A stretch of DNA of 63,430 nucleotides, filler included, from Chiloscyllium plagiosum (taxonomy: Eukaryota): the NCBI RefSeq assembly GCF_004010195.1. It is 4 parts of one record of this genome, joined end to end, with 100 filler letters (N's around TTAATTAATTAA, not from the genome) between each part and the next. Parts side by side here need not be neighbours in the genome. Positions count along the whole stretch, not along the records: positions 1 to 24,316 come from NC_057716.1; 3 more parts are not named here. The stretch is one strand, 5' to 3'. The notes under the pieces are model-generated. The model searched no databases. It saw only the letters and a list, made by a program, of their open reading frames with translations, and was not told the origin of the DNA. Every line of letters starts with the position of its first letter. The stretch's first letter is position 1. The translations under genes were made by a program, and so were the position numbers. Below, in pieces: positions 1 to 12,647 of the stretch.

Positions 1-331
1 GGGGTTGGCGGGAAGGTGTTGGACGGGTTGGGGGCAGGGTTGGGGACATGGGCGTGTTGGACAGGGTTGGTGGCGGTGGGGAGGTGTTGGACGGGGTTGG
101 GGTCGGGGGAGTGTGCGGTGCGGTGTTGGATAGGATTGGGTGCGGATGGGGTTGGGGGCAGAGGGGGCAGCGGCCTCGCGCGCTGTGCGCTGCTGCAGTC
201 TCCTGAACGGGGAGCAGACTTTAAAACTCCAAGCCCCAGAGAAAAGGCATTTAATCGATTAACCGAATAATCGATTATCCGAACGAAATAGTGCCCGTCC
301 ATCACATTCGGATAGTCGAAGTTCCACTGTA
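1..331. mobile_element. End of a pogo/Tigger-type (Tc1/mariner) MITE, abutting a CR1
   Basis: Ends in ...ggatagtcgaagttccactgta; the reverse complement TA-CAGTGGAACTTCGACTATCC resembles a Tigger terminal inverted repeat with a TA target. The same terminus recurs at 41590-41646. Confidence 0.6.
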
Positions 332-1295
332 TATCAATGATTTGGATGAGAATGTATACGGTGTGTTTAGTAAGTTTGCAGATGACCTAAAATAGGCGGT
401 ATAATGGACAGTGAGGAAGGTTATCAGAAATTGCAACAAGATCTTGATCAGTTGGAGAAGTAGGCCAAGAAATGGCAAATGGAATTTAATACAGATAAGT
501 GTGAGGTGTTGCATTTTGTAAAGTCAAATAAAGGTAGGAGTTTCATGGTGAATGGTAGGGCCTGATAACAATAGACCACTGGATAACTATGGTAGAATTG
601 TAATGGAACAGAGGGATCTTGGAGCTCAGGGGCCCGGTTCTCTGAAAGTGGAGTCACAGGTAATCAGGGCAGTGAAGAAGGCTTTTGATGCACTGGCCTT
701 CATCAGTCAGGGCATCGAGTATAGAAGTTGGTGCAGTTGTGCAGGACATTAGTGAGGCCGCACTTGGAGTATTGTGTTCAGCTTTGGTCATCTTGCTATA
801 GGAAAGATGTTATTAAACTGAAAAGAGTGCAGAAGATATTTACAAGGACATTGCCAGGACTCAAGGGACTGAGTTATAGGGAGAGGTTTGACAAGCTGGG
901 ACTCTTTCTTTAGACCATAGGAGACTTATAGAAGTGTATAAGATCATGAGAGGCATGGATGGGGTGAATACACTCAAGTCTTTTTACCTGGGTTGGGGGA
1001 TTGAGGATTAGAGGGCATCAGCTTAAGGTTAGAGGGGAAGAAAAATGAGAACCTGAGGGCTGCCCTTTTCATACAGAGGATGGTACGCATATGGAATAAC
1101 CACCAGCAGAAGTGGTTGAGGCAGATACATTAACAAGATTTAATAGGGATTTGGACAAATACACAGATAAGAAAGGTTTAGAAGGATATGGGCCAAGTGC
1201 AGGTGAATGGGGTTAGTGTGGATGGACATTTTGGTCACATGGACCAGTTTGGGCCAAAGGGCCTGTCTCCATGCTGTAGGACTCTATGACTCTAT
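332..1295 (+). mobile_element. CR1 LINE 3' part (decayed RT C-terminus and tail)
   Basis: KFADD, LVRPHLEYCVQLWS motifs with stops and frameshifts; ctctatgactctat tail repeat. Confidence 0.92.
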
Positions 1296-1684
1296 CCTAT
1301 ATTCTTGCAAGACAGTGTAGCAATTTTGAATTCAGAAATCAAATTAGATTATCTTTGGCCATCTTTTGCGGGCTAGATTGTCTATTTTAAAAGTCAGTTC
1401 CAAAAGACTCTGCATTCAGTCAAGTTCATGTTTTAAGTTTATATGGCATGCCTTTACTGGTCATGACACAGTATTATTATCAGGCACAGCATTTACTCAT
1501 TGAGATGTCAGATAATCTTAAAAACCTCTTCTCAAGCTTATTACTGTTCAGAATGAAGTGAGTTTACCACTTTACCACTCAAACATTTTTCTTTCAGTAG
1601 TGATATTTTTCAATATTTCAATGCTTACCAACAACTGTCAAATACTCTGAAGAGTTTGTTTAAGTTAGTGAAATATGAAAAAGT

Positions 1685-2959
1685 ATATTAAATGCATACA
1701 GATGTGGGAATTGTAGCAGAGTTAGAAAACTTAGAAGACAAACAAGCCTGATAAATCTGTCAATTTTCTAGCCGTGTATTCAGATTTTTAAAAAAAAACA
1801 ATACGAAAGAATACACAAGAAATCAAAGTCATGGATGTACAATTTTTACAAATGCTGAAGAGAAATCCAGCAAAACTGGTGAATGAGACACACTGGTCTG
1901 ACTTATCTTGGGTTCCTCAAAGTGGAACTCCAGGTATTAGTGTTTTTACCCTGTCCAGTGCTTCAAAGTCACTGTCAAACACGCTATCAGCTGCTTGTGC
2001 TCGTTCCTTCCAGCTCTCACAGCTTTATCTCAACTGGTTTAAGCCACAGATTCTTTCTGAAATGCTGGACTGCTGCTTCAGATTCTTTGTTCACCAGTTA
2101 GTGGCTATGCAGTGGGAGACAGAGACCTGCCCCAGCAGTTCAGAAGTGAAATGAAGCTAAAGTCACAAAGGGCAAGGCAAGAGGCAAAGATATTGGAGCA
2201 AAAAATCATGATAGAATCATGAGCCTGCTGCTCCGAGACATTGAGTAGGATAAGTTATCTCCCCTTATCCCAGTCTCCAGGTACTTCCAGGTCTAATTCC
2301 TTTCTCAGTGTTGTGTCAAATTCTGAACAACAATTTTTAGGAAGATAGAGAAGGATTTGGTGAGAGTAAAGCGGAGATGTACTGGAATGTTTTTGGGATG
2401 AGCGATTATAGTACCAAGTGTTGACCAGAGGAACTAGGGTCACTCTCTCCCCACAGCAGACAAGGCTAAGACTTAACTGACTAAACATCATGAAGGGTTT
2501 ATAGATTAAATAAAATTAAACAGCTTTCAATATTTAATGAGATTGGCAAAAGATCCAGAGGCAGCATGAGGGAAAACTACTTTGTTCACAGAGTAGTTAG
2601 GATTTGGAAAGCACTGTCCATTTAGGATGGTGAATACAGTTTTCATAGTGGCTTACAAAAGGGGATTGGATAAATACCTGAGGGAGAAGAAGGTTGCTGT
2701 GATTTTGTGAAGGGGTGGACAGCATGAAACAAACAGATTTGCTCTTCAAAACAGGTGTCATATATTGTATGGCTTTGCTGGTTTTCCCTTCTGCATTAGT
2801 AGTAATTGTACATCAATGACTTTGAGTTATTGTGTATTCTTTAGCTTAAAAAAACTAAGAATACACAGCTAGAAAATTGACAGATTTATCAGGCGTTTGT
2901 TTGTCTTCTAAGTTTTCTGATTCTGCTACAATTCCCATGTATCTGTATGTATTTAATAT
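1685..2959. repeat. Pair of ~160-bp inverted repeats (1685-1844 and 2804-2959)
   Basis: gaaaacttagaagacaaacaa..cctgataaatctgtcaattttctag and tcaaagtcat.gatgtacaatt each recur as the reverse complement about 960 bp away. Confidence 0.85.
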
Positions 2960-4666
2960 GCTTCTGTGGTTTACTGTTCTATCATTATGTAAGTACTCTG
3001 TAAAATCAATCAATTGTCAGACATACCAGGTAAAGCACAAAGGGACCTGCTACTATATACAAAAAAACTCTTGCATTCGGCATTGATTCTAAGTAATTTT
3101 TTAAAAATGAAACCACTTATTATAACCTATATTTGTTGTTTTCTCCTCATCTAGCTTTTCTGTACAGACAAGAGAACAGCCACAGAAACATTTTTCAGTC
3201 ACTTAAGGAAGGTGCAGTCATTTCAGAGAGTGTTGGAGAAAATATTCACAAGAATGGTTTCGGATATGAAGAACATTTTAAAATTGAGACTGTTTTCATT
3301 GTAGAAGAGAAAGTATTTTCATACAGTGAGTGGTTCTGATTTAGAATGTGAAGCCAGAGTTTGTGGTAGAGGTAGGTATTCTCAAGACATTTAAAAGAAA
3401 TTAGACTGTTTTCTGAAAAGGAAGCATGTGCAGAGTTAAGCACAGAATATGGAGGATTAGCACGAAGTGAATTGCTCATTTGGAGAGTTGGCTCAGATAT
3501 GACAGGTGAATGATTTCCTATGCTGTAACAACTGATTCTGTGAAAATTGAAACAAATTTACCAATCTCACACCAAGTCCAATAAATGAAACCTAGTTTAT
3601 GTTTATTTGCAGATATAACACAAAATTACTCAGCAGATAGGTTAACTATAACACTTCATTTTTAACGGGAAAGCACAGTTTCTCTCCTAACCCAACATGC
3701 TACAATAACATGTTATATACATCCTGATTATTTGCTCATTGGCATGTCTCTTCATGAAGTGAATTCCTAACACATTTAGAACACTTCTGCACAGGCTGTG
3801 TAAGAAGCTGCATGTTAAATACAGCTCTGAGTTATTACCTTGACAATCACTTTCAGTGAGCAGCTAATAGTTTTCACAACAACTACTAATATCATCAGGG
3901 TACATGTCAAGCAAGCACAAGGTTAGAACTGAAGACCTTAGTTTGTAAGTTAACAGAATTGCTTTGATTTTCTAAAAGATTCAAACTGCAAGGAACATAC
4001 ATTATTAAGCATTTTGCAAAATGTTGTGTTTTATGGGCATTGGTCCTCACCAAAGAAGTACACCATAATTATTCTAACATGGAAATATTCCTTTCTAGTA
4101 CATATTCATTATTTGTTAGTTATTAGATAGCAGCTTCCTTGTCAAATAAAATAGAGCAATAATAACACTAATCTGACAAGGGCTAATTACATTTGTAATC
4201 TTCATACAAATTAAAACAATATCCAGTGTCACATTGCTAGTTATATTGTAAATACATACATAGAACAGAATGTTTGTAAATTATTGACCTAATTAAACAA
4301 AGCTACATTAAAACTTTTTACATGCTCATTTATGAGATATGCCTGTCCTTTGTATGGATTTTTTTCGACCTGTCCCATTCTGTGTGGTGAACAGGCCCCC
4401 ACAATGCGATAATTCTTTTGGTGAAATGTGTGACTTGCTAGGCTACCTCTGAGAGGCAGCTGAGAGTCAATCGTTCTGAAGCAGGGCTGGAGTCGTACAG
4501 GCGAGACAAAGTAAATGCCATCAAAGAATTAATTATGTTTTTATTACTGTCCAACAGCTTCATGGTAACTTTTACAAATAGTAGATTTTTATTTTCAAAC
4601 TAAACTGTATTTAATTTGTCAAACTGGTATGTCATGTTTAAATTAATGCTCTGTAGATGACCAGTC

Positions 4667-6160
4667 ATGGTGTCATAGGCATGTACAGCACAGAAAAAGA
4701 CCCTTCAGTCCAACTCGCCCATGCCGACCAGATAGCCTAACCTAATCTAGTCACATTTGTCAGCATTTGGCCCATATCGCTCTAAACCCTTCCTTGTTAT
4801 TTGTCCATCCAAATGCCTTCCAAATGTAATTGTATCAACCTCCACCACTTCCTCTGGCAGCTCGTTCCATACATTCATCTCTGCCTGCCTGAAAAGGTTG
4901 CTCCTTATGTCACTTTTATATCTTTCCCTTCTCACCCTAAACCTATGCGCTCTAGTTTCGGACTCGCCCACACCAGGAAAAAGACTGTGTCTATCCGTCC
5001 TATCCATGCCCTATTGATTTTATAAACCTCTATAAGGTCACCCCTCAGCCTCCGATGCTCCAGGGAAAATAGCCCCAATCTATTCAGCCTCTCCCTATAG
5101 TTCAAATCCTCCAACCCTGGCAACATCCTTGTAAATCTTTTCTGATGCCTTTCAAGTTTCACAATGTCCTTCCTATAATAGAGAGACCAGAATTGCACGC
5201 AGTATTCCAAAGGTGGCCTAACCAATGTCTTGTACAGCTGCAACATGACCTCCCAACTCCTGTACTCAATGTACTGACCAATAAAAGCAAGCATACCAAA
5301 TACCTTCTTCACTATCCTATCTACCTGCGACTCCATTTCAAGGAACAATGAACCTACACTCCAAGGTCTCTTAGTTCAGCAACACTCCCCAGGACCTTAC
5401 CATTAAGTGTGTAAGTCCTGCTCTGATTTGCCTTTCCAAACGCAGCACCTCGCATTTATCTAAATTAAACTGAATCTGCCACTCCTTGGTCCATTGGCCC
5501 ATATGATCGTGGTCCCATTATACTCTGAGGTAACCTTCTTTGCGGTCCACTACACCTCCAATTTTGATGTCATCTGCAAACTTACCATCCTTATCTCTTA
5601 TGTTCAAATCCAAATTATTTACATAAATGATGAAAAGCAGTGGACCCAGCACTGATCCTTGTGGCACACTGTTGCTCACAGGCCTCCAGTCTGAAAAGCA
5701 ACCCTCCACCACCACCCTCTGTCTTCTACCTTTGTATCAGTATCTAGTATCTAGATACTTTGTAGCTAGTTCTGTATCCAAATAGTTAGTTCTCCCTGTA
5801 TTCCATGTAATCTAACTTTACTAACCAGTCTACCATGAGGAGCCTTGTGTTACACCTTACTTAAGTCCATATAGATCATGTTCACCACTCTTCCCTCATT
5901 AATTTTCTTTGTTCCATCTTCAAAATACTCCATCAAATTTAGTGAGACATGATTTTCCATGCACAGACCCATATTGACTATTCCTAATCAATGCTCCTCG
6001 GATGCTGCCTGACCGGCTGTGCTATCCCTAATCAGTCCTTGCCTTCTCAAATGCATGTAAATCCTGTCCCTCAGGATTCCCTCCAACAATTTGCCCATCA
6101 CCGATGTCAGACTCACTAGTCTGTGATTCCCTGGCTTTTCCTTACCACCTTTCTTAAAAG
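4667..6160 (-). mobile_element. CR1 LINE, 5'-truncated, RT domain decayed
   Basis: [26 protein letters not shown] on the minus strand; tail near 4670. Confidence 0.95.
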
Positions 6161-6377
6161 TCCAGTCCAGTGACATAACTTTTACACTGTCATAAAATTC
6201 ATGTTTAATTGCATACTTGAGAACAAAAAGACCGAAGCAAATAAAAAAATACAAAAACAAAGAACTGTGGATGCTAGGAATCAGCAGTAAAAACAGTCAG
6301 GCAGCATCAATAAAGAGTAAAATAGTTAACATTTCAGAATGATGACCTTTAATTAGAAACCAATCTGATTTTTAAAA

Positions 6378-6685
6378 AAATTAGATTCCCTACAGTGTGG
6401 AAACAGGTCATTCAGCCCAACAAGTCCACTCTGACCCACCAAAGAGTAGCCCACCCAGACTCAGCTCCCTCTGACCAATGCATCTAACATTATGGGCAAT
6501 TTAGCATAGCCAATTCACCAAACCAGCACATCTTTGGATTGTGGAAGGAAACTGGAGCACTCGGAGGAAACCCACGCAGACACAGGGAGAATGTGCAAAC
6601 TCCACACAGACAGTCACCCGAGGTGGGAATCGACCCCGGATTCCTGGTGCTGTGAGGCAGTAGAGCTAACCACTGAGCCACTGTG
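6378..6685 (-). mobile_element. HE1-like V-SINE
   Basis: tRNA-like head (gtggctcagtggttag), V-domain, CR1-like tail. Confidence 0.9.
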
Positions 6686-6711
6686 ATAAGATCATCAGCT
6701 GAAATGAGATA

Positions 6712-8712
6712 ATGAGAAGACAGAGACATTATATTCCTGTTAGGGTGAAAGGAAAGGCTGGTAGGTGTAGGGAATGCTGGTTGATTAGAGAAATTGAGGG
6801 TTTGGAGGATAGATCAACTGAATCCTTAGAAGAGTATAAAGGCAGTTGGAGTAGACTGAAGAGGGAAATCAAGAGGGCAAAAAGAGGAAATGAGATAGCT
6901 TTAGCAAATGGGGTTAAGGAGATTCCAAAGGGTTTTTACAAATACATTAAGGATAAAAGGGTAACGAGGGAGAGAATAGGACCCCTCAAAGATCAGCAAG
7001 GCGTCCTTGGGGAGATGGGAGAGATACTTAATGAGTATTTTGCATAAGCATTTACTGTGGAAAAGGACATGGAAGGTATAGAATGTAGGGAAATAGATGG
7101 TGACATCTTGAAAAATGTCCTTATTACAGAGGAGGGAGTGCTGGATGTCTTGAAATGCGTAAAAGTGGATAAATCACCATGACCTAGAACTCTGTGGGAA
7201 GCTAGGGAAGTGATTGCTGGGCCCCTTGCTGGGATATTTGTATAATCGATAGTCACAGGTGAGGTGCTGGAAGATTGGAGGTTGGCTAATGTGGTGCCAC
7301 TATTGAAGAAAGGTGGTAAGGACAAGCCAGGGAACTATAGACCAGTGAGCCTGACCTCGGTGGTAGACAAGTTGTTGGAGGGAATCCTAAGGGACAGGAT
7401 GTACATGTATTTGGAAAGGCAAGGACTAATTGCGGATAGTCAACATGGCTTTGTGTATGGAAAATAATGCCTCACAAACTTGATTAAGTTTTTTGAAGAA
7501 GTAACAAAAAGCATTGATGAGGACAGAGTGGTAAACGTGAATCTATATGGACTTCAGTAAGGCGTTCGACAATGTTCCCCATGGGAGATTGGTTAGCAAG
7601 ATTAGATCTCATGGAATATAGGGAGGACTAGCCATTTGGATACAAAATTGGCTCAAAGGGAGAAAACAGAGGGTGGTGGTGGAAGGTTGCTTTTCAGACT
7701 GGAGGCCTGTGACCAGTGGAATGCCACAAGGATCGTTGCTGGGTTCACTTTTTTTGTCATTTATGTACATGATTTTGATATGAGCATAACAGGTATAGTT
7801 AGTAACTTTGCAGATGACACCAAAATTGGAGGTGTAGCAGACTGCAAAGAAGGTTACCTCAGAGTACAATGGGATCTTGATTAGATGGGCCAATGTGCCA
7901 AGGAATAGCAGATTTAATGTACATAAATGCGAGGTGCTGCGTTTTGGAAAGGCAAACCAGAGCAGGACTTAATGGCAAGATCGTGGCAAGTGTTACTGAA
8001 CAAAGAGACCTTGGGGTACAAGTTCATTGTTCTTTGAAATGGAGTCGCAGGTAGATAGGATAGTGAAGAAGGTATTTGGTATGCTTGCCTTTATTGGTCA
8101 GTACATTGAATACAGAAGTTGGGAGGTCATATTACAACTGTACAAGACATTGGTTAGGCCACCTTTGGAATACTGCGTGCAATTCTGGTCTCCCTGCTTT
8201 AGGAAGGGCATTGTGAAACTTGAAAGGCATCAGAAAAGATTTACAAGGATGTTGCCAGGGTTGGAGAATTTGAACTATAGGGAGAGGCTGAATAGATTGG
8301 AGTTATTTTCCATGGAGCATTGGAGGCTGAGGGATGACCTTATAGAGGTTTATAAATCAGTAAGTGCATGGATAGGATAAATAGACAAGGTCTTTTCCCT
8401 GGTGTGGGGGGAGTCCAGAACTAGAGGGCACATGTTTAAGGTGAGAGGGGAAAGATTCAAAAGGGATCTAAGGGGCAGTTGTTTCACGCAGTGGGCAATA
8501 CGTGTATGGAATAAGCTGCCAGAGGTAGTGGTGGACGCTGGTACAACTGCAGCATTTAAAACGCATCTGGATGGGTATAAGAATAGGAAAGGTTTAGAGG
8601 GATATGATCTGGGTGTTGACAAGTGGGACTAGATTAGATTGGGATATCTGGTCGGCATGAACGAGTTGGACCGACGGATCTGTTTCCGTGCTGTATATCT
8701 CTATGACTCTAT
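6712..8712 (+). mobile_element. CR1 LINE ORF2, 5'-truncated
   Basis: [26 protein letters not shown]; ctctatgactctatga tail. Confidence 0.95.
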
Positions 8713-10939
8713 GAAACATTTACTCTGTTTTTCTCCTCAAATGCTGCCTGAGTATTTTCTGTTTTTACAACACTCTATACAAATTATTTAATGGCATTTT
8801 AAAAACTTTGAGCAATGTGGTGATTATAATAGTTTAGCAGTTAATCCTCAATGGAAAAGGTTATTTAAGTGTAGGACTCCAATGATTTTGTTTTATCTGT
8901 AGCTATATCTCTTGAGTTCCTGACTGAGTCCATGATTTTGTTTAGCAATTAAAGTAATTGGCCTCCATGGTTGACTGTTAATTATGGGGAAATGTGCCAG
9001 TGGCTGTGAAACAAAGTCTTTGAATACTGTGCAATGACAAGCTATTAGTGCAGCAGCCTGCAGTGCGAGGTGTAACATGTCAGCTTTACTTTGACACCTA
9101 GTCAACAAGACAAACTGCTGTGCTTCCAAGAAGCAGACACCAAAGCAAAACAAGGTTTCGATGGGGTCTGTTCTTCAAAGAATTCAGTACTGCCAAGTGT
9201 TATTTTCCTTTCTCTATCTGTTTACTAATTGAAAAACGTGGGATTTATGAATCCTTTAGAATTCTTCAGGCTCAATTTGGTGACATGCATTTTTTTAAAA
9301 AACTGATAATTAACTACTGGTTTCCTGACCCATAGCAGGCAACAGAAAGCTTCAAAGTAACATCTGTTAGAATTAATCAAAAGCCAGTGTTTCATAATCA
9401 TGTGGTTCGGTCCCAATGCTCACAGAAGAAGGCTGGAAGCTGTGGGTATAAACCAACACCACTGCTATTAAGTGTCAGAATTTCATATCTCTTACTGGCT
9501 CCCATTCTAATGAATTCAGCAGCTTTAGTTTAAAAAGGAGGGAAATAACTGACATTAAGATGTAATTGCAGACATTAATATTAATCACACAAATCCTAGT
9601 AAAGGGGCAATTTTATTTGCCTCTACTATTTAAGGAGAGCAATGCAAAATCACAATCTTCAATTCTCAGTGTTAAAATAATTATGGATTTTTTTAATATA
9701 TAAAATAGTTTGGCAACATTTGCAAATGTAGATAACTTTGAATTTGTAACTCTATTTCTATTTTTAAAATACCCAATGTTATAAGCCAACGTCTTTTCTA
9801 TAAGATTTGTTGCATTGCTTGAATAAGCTAACATTATTAGATGTACATCATTATTTTTAATTTATGGAAGTGGTACTTCATGAATGGAAAGTGATTGTCT
9901 TCAGTAAAAGTAAGTGTAAAGAGCCTACAACAGCAAGTGACAACAAAGAGGGAGAGGACCAGACAGGGGAACTTAAGCAGTTGAGTGGACTCCCCCTGAA
10001 GGAAAGGGTATTTTCCTCAGAAAAAAAGCCTCATGGAGAGAATGAGAAACAAAGGATTTCCTCACCCAATGTAAAGTACAGACTCAATCCTGTATAAATA
10101 CTCTGTTTTCATAGTTTGACCTTAATTTCCCTTTATGTTTATAAAGATTGCTAGTGGAATAAATAATCTCTGCTTCATGATGTTCAAGCCATCCATGTGC
10201 TTAAAAAACACATTATATTCTGGTGTAGCTTGCAGCAGAGGTATCAAGTTATGGTGGATGAGGTTGGAAGGTGCTTGTCTGAGATGGAGTGGGTGATGCA
10301 AGGGTTAAAACTGGCAATGTCTGTAAAGGAGGCTGAAGCTGCTCCAGGATCATTAGAGATTCGGACATTGATGAGAGTGGACTTCCAAGCCAAACATAGG
10401 CATTTCGTAGCATCCCGATAATGGAAAAGTATTAGACTCCAATGACCAGGAAAGGGACTACCATCGGAGACGTCACAGTTGGTGCAGGTGGATGTGAAAC
10501 CTCAGACTGAAGAGGAAGGTGGAACAGATTGTGATACAGCAAGTGCGGATCAAGCTCTTGCTGTCCCATCTCCATGGGAAGCCTCACACTTGTTCCTGTC
10601 TGAGGGATGCTATCACAAATCATTGGGGTGCCATGCTTGAAATCTCACTCCATTCATTCCAGAATTATCACAAATGAAAAAAAAATTGGTTAAGTCATTT
10701 AATTGCCCAATTTTAACTAAAGCTCTAATTCAGGTTGAAAGAATATGCATACCAGTTTTTTTCCCCCATTAGCAAGGAAATAGATATTTATTGTAATCAC
10801 AAATCATTTAATAAATGACAGAATAGATGAGCTGAATTACTAATCCGTAACTCTGTAATTTAAACTCTGTCCCTTGCTTTAAGTTTCCATGGAGAAAGGG
10901 CTGCAAATTTCCCTACACCAGCATGTTGCCTCGGCTAGA

Positions 10940-11405
10940 GAAGCTGAGTCATAAGGACAGACTAAATATGCTTAGATTGTTTTCTTTAGAACAGGAAAGG
11001 CTGAGGGGAACATGATTGAGGTGTATAAGATTATGAGCGGTATTTGACAGAGTGAATACAGAGCAGCTATTTCCGCTTGGTTTGGGAGTCAATCGCAAGG
11101 GGGATATAGTTTTAGGGTAAGTGCCAGGAAGATTCAGAGGGGATTTGAGAAAAGAACTTTTTCACTTAGAGAGTGGTGGGAATCTGAAATGCACTGCCTG
11201 GGAAGATAGTGGAGGCCAAAAACATTACAAACTTTTTTAAAAAATGTGCATTTGAAATATCATAATATTCAAGGATATGGGACAAGTGCAGGAAGTTGGG
11301 ATTAGCGCACCTTCCATGGTAGTTGTCAGTACAGGTATGATGGGCTGAAGGGCCTTTTTCTGCACTGTATAACTCTATGATTCTGTGACCCTATAACTCT
11401 GTGAT
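10940..11405 (+). mobile_element. Old CR1 3' end
   Basis: Degenerate RT C-terminus and ctctatgattctgtga tail. Confidence 0.8.
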
Positions 11406-12489
11406 AGATGCAGACACAAAGAGACAAACACAAAAACTGTGGATCAGAAAGAAAAATAGCCAAAAGGCACAGTTTTCACACCAGTCCGGATCTCAGATGT
11501 CGATGCATTTTGTCCTTTTTGCTTGCTTTCGACTTCTTCCGATTTTTTGATCAGTGTTTCATTCAATGATTGAGGCCCTTTCAATGCCTCTGAAGATACT
11601 TCCACCCTTTTTCCTTTCAACAGGGAATTTGCAGGGAATATAACTTAGAGAAAAAGGTGAGGGAGAGTCACCTGATACCAGGGAGTTTCTTTTACTTCTC
11701 CATACAGAAAGGAGAGAAAGAGGTGGATGCTTTCTCTTCACAGGCTGGATGTTTCTGCTGTATAATCCATACCCAAATAGTTGTAACAGCACTGAGCTTG
11801 CCTGGGCCCATGCCAACTGGGCCTGACTGGAAAACCAATCAAAAAACTGTCTCGGGAGCAAAAGAACAGCCCTGAGCACATACAGGCAGTGACATTTGGC
11901 TAGAAAGTCCCCTCACTGCTCGAATAAGACAACAACGCAGATGCAACACACAATGTATTCCATTCATTGCAAACATCTTTTAACAGTTTCCTTAGTTCAA
12001 TGAGTAACTTATCCTGTTTTTAGTAGACTGTTAAAAAGAACAAAAATGATCTTTAAATGTTCCATCCTTAAGAGAGATGATAGATCATTTCAAAAAATGC
12101 ATTTCACTACAAGATGTATGACTTTTGAATGAACACCAGTGAATTATGGTCAATATATATTAATGCTTCATTGCAACCCTGTTAGACGTAGACCTCAAAA
12201 CATTGAAGTGCCAATACTAATCGCAAAGTCTCCATTTTTACTGTAGAGTAAGCACTCTGATTCTGTTTTTTTCTTAGAAAAGTACCCAACTGAATTCTCT
12301 ATTTCTGACTCAACATCTTGCAATAGAGCTGCACTTACCCCTAGGTTATTGGCATCAACTGCCATTTTAAGTTTTGCTGAAGTCAGGGCTGGCCAACATT
12401 AGTTTATTTATTACAAATGCCTCCAGCTTGAGCTGAGTGTACCACTTTTGTTTGGTTTTGTAGCTAATTAGTTAAAGGTACTTTTTAAA

Positions 12490-12647
12490 AATTCATTCAT
12501 GGGATGTGCGCCTTGCTGACTAGGCCAACATTTATTGTGCCTCCCTACTTAAGAGTCAACCACATTGCTGTGGATCTGGAGTCACGTGTAGGCCTGACCA
12601 GGTGAGAATGGCAGATTTCCTTCCCTATAGGGCATTAGTGAACCAGA
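12490..12647 (-). mobile_element. Fragment of second SINE family (SacSINE1/DeuSINE-like)
   Basis: Reverse complement of the core and tail of the copy at 15865-16160 (cagcaatgtggttgactcttaa; caataaatg..catcccatgaatgaa). Confidence 0.7.

Noticed and set aside
1831..2154. 107-aa ORF between the inverted repeats
   Set aside because: No recognisable domain or splice support.
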